NCBI RefSeq assembly: GCF_044704955.1
Contig: NW_027254369.1
Coordinates: 310,001 to 374,000, forward strand
Reading direction: 5' to 3'
Source of the DNA: Pristiophorus japonicus
Taxonomy: Eukaryota
DNA length: 64,000 bases
The notes beneath the pieces were generated by a model. The model worked only from the letters and a program-made list of their open reading frames with translations. It was not told the DNA's origin and did no database searches. The translations under genes were made by a program, and so were the position numbers. This document shows positions 1 to 12,834 of this stretch, one piece after another (position 1 is the stretch's first letter; each line of letters opens with the position of its first letter).

Positions 1-1741
1 GGTGCAGTACTGGTGGGTACAGATCTGTCACTGTATAATGCTGGGGTACAGTACTCGTGGGTACAGGTCTGTCACTGTACAACACTGGGGTACAGTACTG
101 GTGGGTACAGGTCTGTCACTGTATAACACGGATACAGTACTGGTGGGTACAGGTCTGTCACTGTACAACACTGGGGTACAGTACTGGTGGGTACAGGTCT
201 GTCACTGTATAACACGGATACAGTACTGGTGGGTACAGGTCTGTCACTGTATAACACTGGGGTACAGTACTGGTGGGTACAGGTCTGTCACTGTATAACA
301 CTGGGGTACAGTACTGGTGGGTACAGGTCACTGCATAACATGGGTACAGTACTGGTGGATACAAGTCTGTCACTGTATAACACTGGGGTACAGTACTGGG
401 AGATACAGGTCTGAGCAGCTCCCGGCCTGCGAGCACCAGTGGAGCAGGCCGGGGAGCGGAAGGAGCAGTGCGGCGACATACCACACCACTCCAGGGAGCA
501 GCACGTGCTGGAGCAGGAGAGCAACGGCAGTGAAAAGGGACATCACCAAGGTCCAGGTCGGTGGCTGGAGCGTGGGCAGGTACAGCAGGAGCGGCGAGGT
601 CGGGGCGAAGGAGCGGTGAGAGATTGTAGGGGGACGTGATCGGGGCCCAGGGGAGGCGCGAGTTCAGGGCCCAGGGGAGGCGCGAGTTCAGGGCCCAGAA
701 GAGGCGAGGGCCCAGGGGCAGCACGGACCCAGCCCACACTGCGATATGTATGCGCACTAGGTCCGTGCAGCAGAGCAGGTCTCCAGTCATCTTAGTTAAT
801 CCTTGCTATTGGACCAAGACCTAACTCCGTCAAGCCCGTGTGGTGGCTGGTGTGCAACGGTCTCCACACGTTAAAAAATCCACGCACAGGCATCTTCCAC
901 CCTTCAAGATTTAGTTCGGACCTGAACTTTTAGGTCCATCATTGAAACACCCGTGAACTTTTTGACGTGGAAGCAAGTCATCCTCGGTTCGAGGGACTGC
1001 CTATGATGACAGTACTGGTGGGCACAGGTCTGGCACAGTATAACACTGAGGTACAGTACTGGTGGGTACAGGTCTGTCACTGTATAACCCTGGGGTACAG
1101 TACTGGTGGGTACAGGTCTGTCACAGTAAAACACTGGGGTACAGTACTGGTGGGCACAGGTCTGTCACTGTATAACACAGGGGTACAGTACTGGTGGACA
1201 CAGGTCTGTCACTGTATAACACTGGGGTACAGTACTGGTGGACACAGGTCTGTCACTGTATAACACTGGGTTACAGTACTGGTGGGCATGGGTCTGTTAC
1301 TGTATAACACTGGGGTACAGTACTGGTGGGTACAGGTCTGTCACTGTATAACACTGGGGTACAGTACTGGTGGGCACAGGTCTGTCACTGTATAACACTG
1401 GGGTACAGTACTGGTGGGCACAGGTCTGTCACTGTATAACACTGGGGTACAGTACTGGTGGGCACAGGTCTGTCACTGTATAACACTGGGGTACAGTACT
1501 GGTGGGCACAGGTCTGTCACTGTATAACACTGGGGTACAGTACTGGTGGGTACAGGTCTGTCACTGTATAACACTGGGTTACAGTACTGGTGGGCACGGG
1601 TCTGTTACTGTATAACACTGGGGTACAGTACTGGTGGGTACAGGTCTGTCACTGTATAACACTGGGGTACAGTACTGGTGGGCACAGGTCTGTCACTGTA
1701 TAACACTGGGGTACAGTACTGGTAGGCACAAGTCTGTCACT
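1..1741 (+). repeat. 44-bp minisatellite (acactggggtacagtactggtgggtacaggtctgtcactgtata)n, interrupted at 411-1008
   Basis: Period of 44 is directly visible (e.g. unit starts at 1351 and 1395); the overlapping ORFs are repeat translations. Confidence 0.97.
411..1008 (+). mobile_element. Non-coding RTE-tailed retroposon (longest copy)
   Basis: Ends gtggaagcaagtcatcctcggttcgagggactgcctatgatg, matching the RTE LINE tails at ~37420-37462 and ~44724-44765; three more copies in the window. Confidence 0.8.
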
Positions 1742-2504
1742 GGGATGGGATCAATTTAAGGGAATGAATTAAAGGCTTCACACAAGGAGCATATCCCAAA
1801 ATGTTAACGTGAGCTAGCTTCGATTAGACCTTTCCTGGTGCAGACACTTAAATTGGTAAACTTTGGAGAGAGGCCAAGGTCCACAGTGGTCGACATGAAC
1901 AAGGTCGAGGGGAACAAAATGGAGAACCTCGATAAGCAAGAGGCAATGCCAAGCTTGGGTTGGGAAAGCCTGTAGCTGCTCAAAGGAAGGAGACTACGGG
2001 AGGTGAAGAGCTCGATCATTTCAAGGCCCAGGAAAAGAATGAGCTAGACGGTGGGCTGTGCCAGTGAGGATGCTATCTGCGAACAGACATAACCCCAAGC
2101 TAAAGCCATACAGCTTATCTGCAGAGAGCACTGGTCAGCTTCCTGCTGCTTATCTCATTTGGAACGTCCTGCACGTTAGGTGTGTTGGCTTGCACTGGGA
2201 GGTATCCTCAGCCCTCAGACAGATCTATACCTCTCCAGGGCCCAGCAATGAGCCAAGCCATCTGCTCAATCACAACAGCGCCCTGGAGTAGTGTGACCCA
2301 GCCTGGCTCGGGTCTCGATTGCCCAGTATGCCATGAAGCATTGACTTGGTTCTAGTTCCCCACCATTAGGCGCGTCACCACGGATCGAGCTCGACCTCCA
2401 CAAAGTGCTTTCCTCTCTCCCAGAAGAGAAGTCTCGCTGTTAAATAATACAACAACCGATATGCCAGTGATAACGACGCAATACCGTATATTCAAGTATA
2501 TTCC

Positions 2505-2670
2505 AGGAGGAGATGGATAGAGTTTTGGAATCTCGGGGAATCAAGAGATATGGGGATCGGGCAGGAAAATGGAGTTGAGGTCGATGATCAGCCATGATCT
2601 TCCTGAATGGCGGAGCAGGTTCCAGGGGCCGTATGGCCTGTTCCTGCTCCTAATTCTTGTTTTTATGATA
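2505..2670 (+). mobile_element. CR1 3' tail fragment
   Basis: gatcagccatgatctt..gaatggcggagcagg tail shared with the longer CR1 copies. Confidence 0.8.
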
Positions 2671-2706
2671 AACACCAACACAGACACAGCACACGGACAC
2701 ACTAAC

Positions 2707-2774
2707 CTTGCCCTTGGAGGTGCTGCATTCAGCTAGAAGGGTCCTGCAATTCTTGTGTACGTTCACTGCACAGT
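2707..2774 (-). CDS. ARHGEF18: Coding exon, C-terminal half of C1 zinc finger ((N)CAVNVHKNCRTLLAECSTSKGK)
   Basis: Acceptor gtgtgtttctttacag, donor AAG|gttagt; 68 nt, phase 1 to phase 0. C-x4-H-x2-C-x6-C completes the finger when joined to 60847-60997 (A+AC=Asn). Confidence 0.88.
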
Positions 2775-3094
2775 CTGTAAAGAAACACACATACTTCAAC
2801 AGAACTGATCCCACCGTAATCAGCTGGCGCATTGCTGGCCATCTGCAACAACCACCTCAAGTGGCCCTTACAGCCATTTAGTCCCTTAAAGAGTAAAACA
2901 TCAATGAATGTAAACCATTTGCCACAAAGCAACTCAACTGCAATGTTCACTCTTACCCCCTTCTCCCCCCACGAGTGAAGTCTAGACAGCGAGTGTCAGC
3001 AGCCTACTGGAAAGTGGGGTTGGGGGTGAACGGGACTTGGTGCGCGTTAGGATATAGGCAGCAGCGTTTTGGATGAACTCAAAGTTTGTGGAGT

Positions 3095-3655
3095 AAAATC
3101 AAAGTGCGAGAAATACTCAGCAGGTCAGGCAGCAACTGTGGAGAGAGAAACCTTTCAGGTCAATGAACTTTCATCATAAATGGAAAAGTTAGAGATATAA
3201 CAAGGTTTTAAGCAAGTGCAGAGGCAGGGAAAAGGGGAGGATAGAACAAAAAGGGAAGGTTTGTGATAGGATGGAAGGCAGGAAAGATCAAAATGACAAA
3301 AGGATATGATTGAACGAGGCAAAAGGAGATGACGATGGGACCAATAAAGAAGCAAAAAGATGGGTCTTGCGGAGGTGTAAATGGGAATGGCAGAATCAAC
3401 AGTTACTGTCCGGAAAAAAAATGGGAGCAGAGGTTGTTGAGCCCAGAAGGTTGTAAAAAAAAAAATGAGGTGCTGTTCCTTGAGCTTAGGCCGAGCTTTG
3501 TTGGAACAGTGTAGGAGGCTGGGGACGGAGAGATCAGAGTGGGAGTGGGGCGGAGAATTAGCAACAGGCAACCGGAAGCTCGGGGTCACACGTGCGGACT
3601 GAACGGAGGTGCTCCGCAAAGCGGTCACCCAACCTGCGTTTTGGTCTCCCCAATG
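3095..3655 (-). mobile_element. Penelope-like element 3' fragment (GIY-YIG C-terminus plus terminal repeat)
   Basis: Minus strand reads, with frameshifts, IGET..RRLGDRFAEHLRSVR..LPVA..HSHSDLSV..LLHC..KLKEQHLIF, followed by a terminal repeat with a decayed hammerhead-like core at ~3152-3177. Confidence 0.8.
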
Positions 3656-3871
3656 AAGAGGAGAAAGAAAGGCTTGGATTTATATAGCGCCTTTCACAGC
3701 CACCGGATGTCTCAAGGCGCTTTATAACCATATGGCGAGCATGAATACAGTATACTAAATTGTAAGAAGCACGTAGTCAGGTGCCCACTTAGCCAATTGG
3801 CGCTCTGTCAATGCACTGCATTGTCCGCCAGGAGCGACTGTGGAGCAGTGAGCAGCAGCAGGGATCTAGGT

Positions 3872-6770
3872 TACATAGAAAATAGGTGCAGGAGTAGGCT
3901 ATTCGGCTCTTTGAGCCTGCACCACCATTCAATATGATCACGGCTGATGATGCACTTCAGTACCCCATTCCTGCTTTCTCTCCATATCCCTTTAGCAGTA
4001 AGGACAACATCTAACTCCCTTTTGAATATATTTAGTGAATTGGCCTCAACAACTTTCTGTGGTATAGAATTCCACAGGTTCACAATTCTCTCAGTGAAGA
4101 AGTTTCTCCTCATTTCAGTCCAAAATGGCTTACTCCTTATCCTTAGACGGTGACCCCTGTGACATCCCCAACATCGGGAACATTCTTCCTGCATCTAACC
4201 TGTCCAATCCCGTCAGAATTTTATATGTTTCTATGAGATCCTCTCTCATTCTTCTAAGTTCCAGTGAATACAAGCCTAGTCGATCCAGTCTTTCTTCATG
4301 TCAGTCCTGCCATCCCAGGAATCAATCTGGTGAACCTTCGCTGCACTCCCTCAATAGCAAGAATGTTCTTCCTCAGATTAGAAGACCAAAACTATACGCA
4401 ATATTCAAGGTGTGGCCTCACTAATGCCCTGTACAACTGCAGTAAGACCTCCCTGCTCCTATACTCAAATACTCTCGCTATGAAGGCCGACATGCCATGC
4501 GCCTTCTTCACCGCCTGCTGTACCTGCATGCCAACTTTCAATGACTGATGTACCATGACACCCAGGTCTCATTGAACCGCACCTTTTACTGGGAGAAATT
4601 TAGAGCTCGGCGGAGGAGGACAAAGGGTTTGATTAGGGCAGGGGAAATGGAGTACGAGAAGAAGCTTGCAGGGAACATCAAGACGGATTGCAAAAGTTTC
4701 TATAGATATGTAAAGAGAAAAAGGTTAGTAAAGACAAACGTAGGTCCCCTGCAGTCAGAATCAGGGGAAGTCATAATGGGAAACAAAGAAATGGCGGACC
4801 AATTGAACAAGTACTTTGATTCGGTATTCACTAAGGAGGACACAAACAACCTTCCAGATATAAAAGGGGTCAGAGGGTCTAGTAAGGAGGAGGAACTGAG
4901 GGAAATCCTTGTTAGTCAGGAAATTGTGTTGGGGAAATTGATGGGATTGAAGGCCGATAAATCCCCAGGGCCGGATGGACTGTATCCCAGAGTACTTAAG
5001 GAGGTGGCCTTGGAAATAGCAGATGCATTGACAGTCATTTTCCAACATTCCATTGACTCTGGATCAGTTCCTATCGAGTGGAGGGTAGCCAATGTAACCC
5101 CACTTTTTAAAAAAAGGAGGGAGAGAAAACAGGGAATTATAGACCGGTCAGCCTAACATCAGTAATGGGTAAAATGATGGAATCAATTATTAAGGATGTC
5201 ATAGCAGCGCATTTGGAAAGAGGTGACACGATAGGTCCAAGTCAGCATGGATTTGTGAAAGGGAGATCATGCTCGACAAATCTTCTGGAATTTTTTGAGG
5301 ATGTTTCCAGTAGAGTGGACAAGGGAGAACCAGTTGATGTGGTATATTTGGACTTTCAGAAGGCTTTCGACAAGGTCCCACACAAGAGATTAATGTGCAA
5401 AGTTAAAGCACATGGGATTGGGGGTAGAGTGCTGACATGGATTGAGAACTGGTTGGCAGACAGGAAGCAAAGAGTAGGAGTAAATGGGGACTTTTCAGAA
5501 TGGCAGGCAGTGACTAGTGGGGTACCGCAAGGTTCTGTGCTGGGGCCCCAGCTGTTTACACTGTACATTAATGATTTAGGCGAGGGGATTAAATGTAGTA
5601 TCTCCAAATTTGCGGATGACACTAAGTTGGGTGGCAGTGTGAGCTGCGAGGAGGATGCTATGAGGCTGCAGAGAGACTTGGATAGGTTAGGTGAGTGGGC
5701 AAATGCATGGCAGATGAAGTATAATGTGGATAAATGTGAGGTTATCCACTTGGGTGGTAAAAACAGAAAGACAGACTATTATCTGAATGGTGACAGATTA
5801 GGAAAAGGGGAGGTGCAACGAGACCTGGGTGTCATGGTACATCAATCATTGAAGGTTGGCATGCAGGTACAGCAGGCGGTTAAGAAAGCAAATGGCATGT
5901 TGGCCTTCATAACGAGGGGATTAGAGTACGGGGCAGGGATGTGTTACTACAGTTGTATAGGGCCTTGGTGAGGCCACACCTGGAGTATTGTGTACAGTTT
6001 TGGTCTCCTAACCTGAGGAAGGACATTCTTGCTATTGAGTGCAGCGAAGGTTCATCAGACTGATTCCCGGGATGGCGGGATTGACCTATCAAGAAAGACT
6101 GGATCAACTCGGCTTGTATTCACTGGAGTCCAGAAGAATGAGAGGGGATCTCATAGAAACGTTTAAAATTCTGATGGGTTGACAGGTGAGATGCAGGAAG
6201 AATGTTCCCAATGTTGGGGAAGTCCAGAACCAGGGGTCACAGTCTAAGGGGTAAGCTATTTAGGACCGAGATGAGGAGAAACTTCTTCACCCAGAGAGTG
6301 GTGAACCTGTGGAATTCTCTACCACAGAAAGTTGTTGCGGCCAATTCACTAAATATATTCAAAAAGGAGTTAGATGAAGTCCTTACTACTAGGGGGATCA
6401 AGGGGTATGGCGAGAAAGCAGGAATGGGGTACTGAAGTTGCATGTTCAGCCATGAACTCATTGAATGGCGGTGCAGGCTAGAAGGGCCGAATGGCCTACT
6501 CCTGCACCTATTTTCTATGTTTACTAATCTGTCACCATGCAGATAATAATCTGCCTTCCTGTTTTTACCAAAGTGGATAACCTCACATTTATCTACATTA
6601 TACTGCATCTGCCATGCATTTGCCCATTCACTTAATCTGTCCAAGTCACCCTGCAGCCTCTTAGCGTCCTCCTCACAGATCACACCGCCACCCAGCTTAG
6701 TGTCATCTGCAAACTTGGGAGATATTACACTCAATTCCTTCATCTAAACCATTAATGTATATTGTAAATA
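3872..6770 (-). mobile_element. CR1 LINE (3872-~4575 and ~6525-6770) split by an opposite-orientation CR1
   Basis: RT C-terminal peptides (KFADDTKLGG; FFTERIVNLWNS); the two pieces are collinear across the insert. Confidence 0.85.
4588..6522 (+). mobile_element. 5'-truncated CR1 LINE, frameshifted ORF2
   Basis: KSPGPDG, QHGF, YLDFQKAFDKVPH, GVPQGSVLGP and FADDTK motifs; CR1 tail. Confidence 0.95.
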
Positions 6771-7004
6771 GCTCGAGTTTTCTCCTCCCCAATTCCAGGG
6801 GCACAGACAAGTACAACAGTGATTGCACTCCAAAAGTACTTCATTGGCTGTGCAGGGCTTTAAGACGTCCGGTGGTCATGAAAGGTGCTATATAAATGTA
6901 AGTGTCTCTTTTCTTTCTTGTCCTACCAGCCTGAGATAAAATCTGGCAGCTTTGAGCTGTCGGGCTGATACCTGCTCTCCACACCCCCCCCACTCCCACC
7001 CCAT

Positions 7005-7050
7005 ACAGTGACAGACCTGTACCGACCAGTACTGCACCCCAGTGTTATGC
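7005..7050 (-). repeat. Single diverged unit of the 44-bp minisatellite
   Basis: atacagtgacagacctgtaccgaccagtactgcaccccagtgttat is the reverse complement of the unit. Confidence 0.8.
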
Positions 7051-7820
7051 ATTGCACCACAAAGCCACCAAGTAGATGAATTTTAAAGATGGAAAATTCA
7101 AAGCTTTACACCAGCAACAAAACAACAATGCTCCATTCGCGCACAGCTGGATTCTCCGAGCAAATGGCCACCGGCAGCGATAGGCACGTGCATCTCTGTT
7201 TTATCAGCTGATCCGCATACTACACAGTTATGGGCAGAGAGGAGATGGGAGCGAACACAAGCGAGCAGCTGGCGTTTGATTCACCTACCAAATCTAATTA
7301 CAAACTCCCAACAGATCCCATTGACACAACAAAGATCAAAGGACACCCAGAATTAAAGCTTTAAGAAGCACGGATGGTGCATAGTTCGAGCGAATATTGC
7401 GTCACATGAATGCTAAAGGCATGGAAACATCTCTCTGGCTGTTGTTGATAGTATTTCTAGATTAAGGAATCTCACTTGTCTGAGCCACTTTGCCCTGTTC
7501 AGCTCGCCTCTCGCTATGCTACCAAGGGGATTCACTTGGGCCCAACTGATGGCTTCCAACCTTGGACTTCATCTCGAACTCTTGGCCCAGAATGTGTCAC
7601 CACCAGAGTACCTGCTCACCAGCTTTTACATTGTAAATACCGCAGCGCGCACGAGCAAAGATTTGAATGGGCCATGCATTCGGGCAGGCACTGAGGTAGT
7701 GCAGCTCACGGGGCCACTGGTCACCACCTTTCCAGTCAGGAGAAACCAGGCAAAATGCCTGGGCCTGAAAGCGGTGGTAAACGTGGAGGTTCGCCTCCGT
7801 AATACAAGCGACAGAGTGAT

Positions 7821-8165
7821 CATAAGAACATCAGAAAAAGGAGGAGTAGGCCATACGGCCCCTCGAGCCTGCTCCGCCATTCAATAAGATCATGGCTGAT
7901 CTGATCATGGACTCAGCTCCACTTCCCTTCCCGCTCCCCATAACCCTTGACTCCCCAAAAATCTGTCTATCTCCGCCTTAAATATATTCAATGACCCAGC
8001 CTCCACAGCTCTCTGGGGCAGAGAATTCCATAGATTTACAACCCTCAGAAGAAATTTCTCCTCATCTCAGTTTTAAATGGGCGGCCCCTTATTCGGAGAC
8101 CATGTCCCCTAGTTTTAGTTTCCAGTGTGGAAATATCCTCTCCGCATCCACCTTGTCGAGCCCCA
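7821..8165 (-). mobile_element. CR1 3' fragment
   Basis: cataagaaca tail and RT C-terminal sequence. Confidence 0.88.
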
Positions 8166-8267
8166 ATAGCATTGTCGTAGAATACATGCTTTACAGCATG
8201 TACTGAGTTCTGCGGACAATATCAAAAAACAGAAAGACTGCTGTAATTTTTGCAATAACACCAATAG

Positions 8268-8625
8268 TCAGCTTAGCCCAGTCGCACAAGGTTAGAGATT
8301 TAAGCCCCACTCCAGCATGAAATCTAGGCCGACACCTCAGTGCAGTACAGAGGGAGTGCTGCACTGTCAGAGGTTCTGCCTTTCGGATAAGACGCCAAAC
8401 CGAGGTACCAGTCTGCCCATTCAGCTCTACGCAAAACACCTCATGGCACATTTCAAAGAGGAGCAAGGAGATCTCCCAGTGCCTCACAACCACAAACTCG
8501 TCATTTATCTCATTTGTCGGGACTTGCTGAGTGCAAATTGGCCGTTGCCCACCAAACAGTGAATGCTCTTCAAAAGTAATTCATAGAGTGTAAAGGGCCT
8601 AGGAAGGATGCGATCTATGAACACA
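8268..8625 (+). mobile_element. Degenerate Deu-domain SINE
   Basis: gagggagtgctgcactgtcagagg and other blocks shared with the intact copies. Confidence 0.7.
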
Positions 8626-10269
8626 CGTAATCTTAGCAAAATTTAAAAAAAAACTCAACAGTGCACTTTGAGCCTGTATAAAGCCGCTCGCCACCGATCT
8701 TTCATTTAAATGGTTTATTGCTGATAAATTGTGGTCCAAAGGCAGCCTTAATGAATCTTCGAACTGAAAGTACCAAGAGTCGCCAAGAGCCAAACACAAT
8801 AATGCCGAAGAAGTAAATATTTAGTTAAATCACTGGCTGCTGTCAGCTCCGTCTCTTCATGGAAAGGTAATCCCAGCTCACTCTTAGCAGTGCCTCGATA
8901 ATGATTATTCTGCCAGAGTACTGACCGTTTGCAAACGGTGGTGAGTGCGGGCATGGTACCACTGAACTTCGAACGGAGGATACATGGCACTCCTGTTAGA
9001 AGTAGGCAGCCGGGGCAGATTTTAGGCATTATTTAAGATGTATTTTGAATGGCAAATATAATAATCTAACACTACATGAACAAACGATAAATCATGACTT
9101 TATTCGAGCCTGAAAAAGAGTGCAGATTTAATAACATTCAAAAGAGAATTGGATAAATACTTGAAAGGGGGAAAAAAAGAGACATGGGGAAAGAGCGGGC
9201 GTGTGGTGTGGGATTAACTAGCTAGCTCTACCAAAGAGCTAGCACAGGCACGATGGGCCGAATGGTCCCCTTCTGTGCTGTATCATTCTTGGATTCTGTG
9301 TGAGCATTTCTAACTCTTTCTCCTAGAGTTGGGATGCGGTTAGTCTGTAAGCTTCAGGGATTACTAATGGGATGAGGGAGAGAACATGGATGAGGGTGAG
9401 GGGTGCTCCACCTGCCCCTTCATAGGTCAGTTTGGCTCAGTTGATAGCATTCGCCACACTGAGTCAGAAGGTTGTGGGTTCAAGTCCCACTCCAGTACGG
9501 AGGGCGATGCTACATGGTCAAAAAAAGAAAAAGAAAAACTTGGATTTATAAAGTGCCTTCCACAACCACCGGATGTCTCAAAGCGCTTTACAGCCAATGA
9601 AGTACTTTTGGAGTGTAGTCACTGCTGTAGTGTGGGAAAGAGCACAAAAACACAGAACGTCCATCAGAAAAGACGTCTGACACAAAGAATGTTGCACGTG
9701 ATTATTTAAAATGCAGTACGTATGTTATTGCTACACACACCCCACCAACGCGGCAGAGTGGTGACGTGCGGCCAGCTGACTGGCCCCTACAGTCACAGAC
9801 CTGCATCATTTCTGAAGCAGAATGTGACGGATATTATGCTTCAATACTTGAGATGTGGGCATCGCTGGCAAGGCCAGCATTTATTGCCCTACCTTAGTGA
9901 CTTGACAGACTGCTTTAGAGGGCAGTTAGGAGTCAACCACATTGGCGTGGAACGAGTCACATATAGGCTCAGACTGGGAAACCACAGCTGGTTTCCTTTG
10001 CTAAAGTGAACCAGGTGGGTTTTTGATGACAATCCGACAGCTTCAGGGTCATTTTTACCAACACCAGTATTTTATTTGCAGAATTTAAAAAAAAAACTCA
10101 ATTTGCTACAATGGGATTTGAACTCGCGTTCTATGGATTATGAACCCAGGTCTCTAGATTGCAAGTCCAGTATCATAACCATTACACTACCGTATCTTCC
10201 TTGGATGCAGAATGTTTCCCCCCCCTGCCAACCACTGACTTGTACCCATGCTGCCCCCTAGTTTTTTTT

Positions 10270-10720
10270 TAATCCATTCACGGGATGTCAAGGCCGGCAT
10301 TTATTGCCCATCACTAATTGCCCTCGAGATGGTGGTGGTGAGCCGCCTTCTTGAACCGCTGCAGTCCGTGTGGTGAAGGTGCTCCCACAGTGCTGTTAGG
10401 GAGGGAGTTCCAAGATTTTGACCCAGCAACGCTGAAGGAACGGCTGATATATTTCCAAGTCAGCATGGTGTGTGACTGGGAGGGGAACGTGGAGGTGGTG
10501 GTGTTCCCATGCGCCTGCTGCCCTTGTCCTTCTAGGCGGTAGAGGTCGCGGGTTTGGGAGGTGCTGTCGAAGAAGCCTTGGCGAGTTGCTGCAGTGCGTC
10601 TTGTAGATGGTACACACTGCAGCCACGGTGCGCCGGTGGTGGAGGGAGTGAGTGTTTAAGGTGGTGGATGGGGTGCCGATCAAGTGGGCTGTTTTGTCCT
10701 GGATGGTGTCGAGCTTCTTG
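10270..10720 (-). mobile_element. LINE 3' fragment, second CR1/L2-group family
   Basis: LDTIQDKTAHLIG..HSLHHRRTVAAVCTIYK; homologous copies at ~22250-22575 (continuing at 25335-25442) and ~60262-60700. Confidence 0.8.
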
Positions 10721-11234
10721 ACTCTTGCCGAGTTACTGGACTTAGCCACGTTGCTGGCAATGCCAAGTTGCAGACTCCAAGTGCCAGAGGGGGTGCTTCG
10801 GAGTGGTTTACCAGCTCATGGAGTCCCAATAAAACCGAAACAACTTCCGTGGACCTGATGGAGAAGTCTGCTCCGAAAGCTCTGCAAATGGCTTTTGCTT
10901 TTTAGCTTCGGGGGACAGAGTAAACTATGGAGGTCGAACTATCCCAGCATCCATACCAGTAGTGAAAGCAATCAATTAAAAGTACATGGCTCATGATTGA
11001 AAGACTGGCCCCTGGGATCTTTCCCGGATTAACAGCTCTGGTGTTGACCAACTTAGAAAATGAGCCAATGCTACATCACCATGCCACGCGTTAAGCCCAC
11101 CACTGCAGACTGTTTGCCAGGATCTAGATCCACCGTGTCACATCCACACCCTGACTCCTTCCCTCACCAATACTCAATCGCCTGGTAAGATATCTCACCG
11201 TGTTAAAATGTGGTAGACAAGAGGAAGAGGGTAA

Positions 11235-11610
11235 AGAAAGACTTATATTTATATAGCACCTTTCATGACCACTGGGCGTCCCAAAGCCAATTAAGTACTT
11301 TGAGTGTAGTTACTGTCGCAATGTGGGAAACATGGCAGCCAATTTGCACACAGCAAGCTCCCACACACAGCAATTTGATAATGACCAGATAATGTTTTTG
11401 TCGTGTTGATTGCGGGATAAATATTGCCCCAGGACACCGGGGATAACGCCCCTGCTCTTCTTTGAAAAGTGCCGTGGGATCTTTCAACAGGGCGGACTCA
11501 GTTTAACGCCTCATCCAAAAGACGGCACCTCTGACAGTGCAGCACTCCCTTACTCTGCACTGGGAGAATCAGCCTAGATTTATGTGCTCAAGTTCCTGGA
11601 GTGGGAGATT
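11235..11610 (-). mobile_element. Deu-domain SINE
   Basis: Reverse complement of the 17270-17705 family. Confidence 0.85.
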
Positions 11611-11937
11611 TAAGCTGTTTTTCTAACTCAGCAAACTGTACTAAAATGAAGTAACAGAGTACAGATGGAGTTTGAAATCCCCAGGGGAGTGGGGTCGAAA
11701 GCAGTAGATTCTGTCTTGGTCTAACTCGCACACCAAACAGAACAGACTGTTCAATACAGGCCACGAAACCCAAAGGGAAAGCACTACATTGCCAGGTCAC
11801 TCGAGCATAGAGGGGCAGCACGAGTACCGCAGGCCCTATTCAGACCCAACGTGCGCACACAAGTATTTTCCACCAGGGATCAATGGAATAGGAACCGGAG
11901 GAAGCCATTTAGTCCCTCGAGCTTGTTGCTCTATTCG

Positions 11938-12375
11938 ATTATGAGGAAAGGTTGAGTAGTTTGGGCTTATACACCTTGGAGTTGAGAAGAATGAGAGGTG
12001 ATCTTATTTGAAACATAAGATAATGAGGGGGCTCAACAAGGTGGATGTAGAGAGGATATGTCCACTCATAGGGGAAACTAAAACTAGGGGGCATAGTCTC
12101 AGAATAAGGGGTTGCCCATTTAAAACAGAGATGAGGAAGAATTTCTTCTGAGGGTTGTAAATCTGTGGAATTCTCTGTCCCAGAGAGTTGTGGAGGCTGG
12201 GTCACTGAATATATTTAAGGCGAAGACAGACAGATTTTTGAGCGATAAGGGAGTAAAGGGGGTTATGGGGAGCAGGCAGGGAAGTGGAGGTGAGTCCATG
12301 ATCAGATCAGCCATGATCTTATTGAATGGCGGAGCAGGCTCGAGGGGCCAAATGGCCTACTTATGTTCTTATATT
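11938..12375 (+). mobile_element. CR1 3' fragment inserted into an older CR1 tail
   Basis: RT C-terminus plus tail; attatgag at both ends (possible TSD). Confidence 0.88.
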
Positions 12376-12834
12376 ATGAGATCATGGGTGATCTGTATCT
12401 CAACACCATTTTAGGAGCGGGAACCCTGCCTTAATTTTCCCCTCTCCTGCGCAACCCCCAGCTGCGATTTGCCAACTGAACACAGGCAGGGGATTAAAAC
12501 GTTCGATAAATCAGGCAAGTCTTCCCCCGCTCCCCCCATCGTACACAGCAGTCTGACCCTCACTCCCATGAATTGAGGAACAGGTGCGAGGGACTGAATG
12601 GCTTCCTCCAGTTCCTATTCCATTGATCCCCAATAGAAAATGCTTGTGCGCACAAGTTGGGTCTGAATAGGGCCTGCGGTACTCGTGCTGCCCTCTGTGC
12701 GCGAGTGACCTGGCAATGTAGTGCTTTCCCTTTGGATGGCGTGGCCTGTATTGAACAGTCTGTTTCAGGGGCCATGTGGCCCACTCCTAATTCTTATGTA
12801 CTCCCCAAATAGAACCAATGAAGGACAAGGTAAT

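Noticed and set aside
1-1741. Regular repeats resembling a CRISPR array, and repeat ORFs (QYWWVQVCHC..)
   Set aside because: Head-to-tail units with no unique spacers, no cas genes, eukaryotic context.
2290-2437. Possible next RhoGEF exon (acceptor ttatttaacag, RDFSSGREEST..)
   Set aside because: No strong donor and no recognisable homology; the true next exon may lie left of the window.
7476-7765. Exon-like segment with acceptor and donor motifs on the minus strand
   Set aside because: The frames I translated hit stops; no recognisable peptide.
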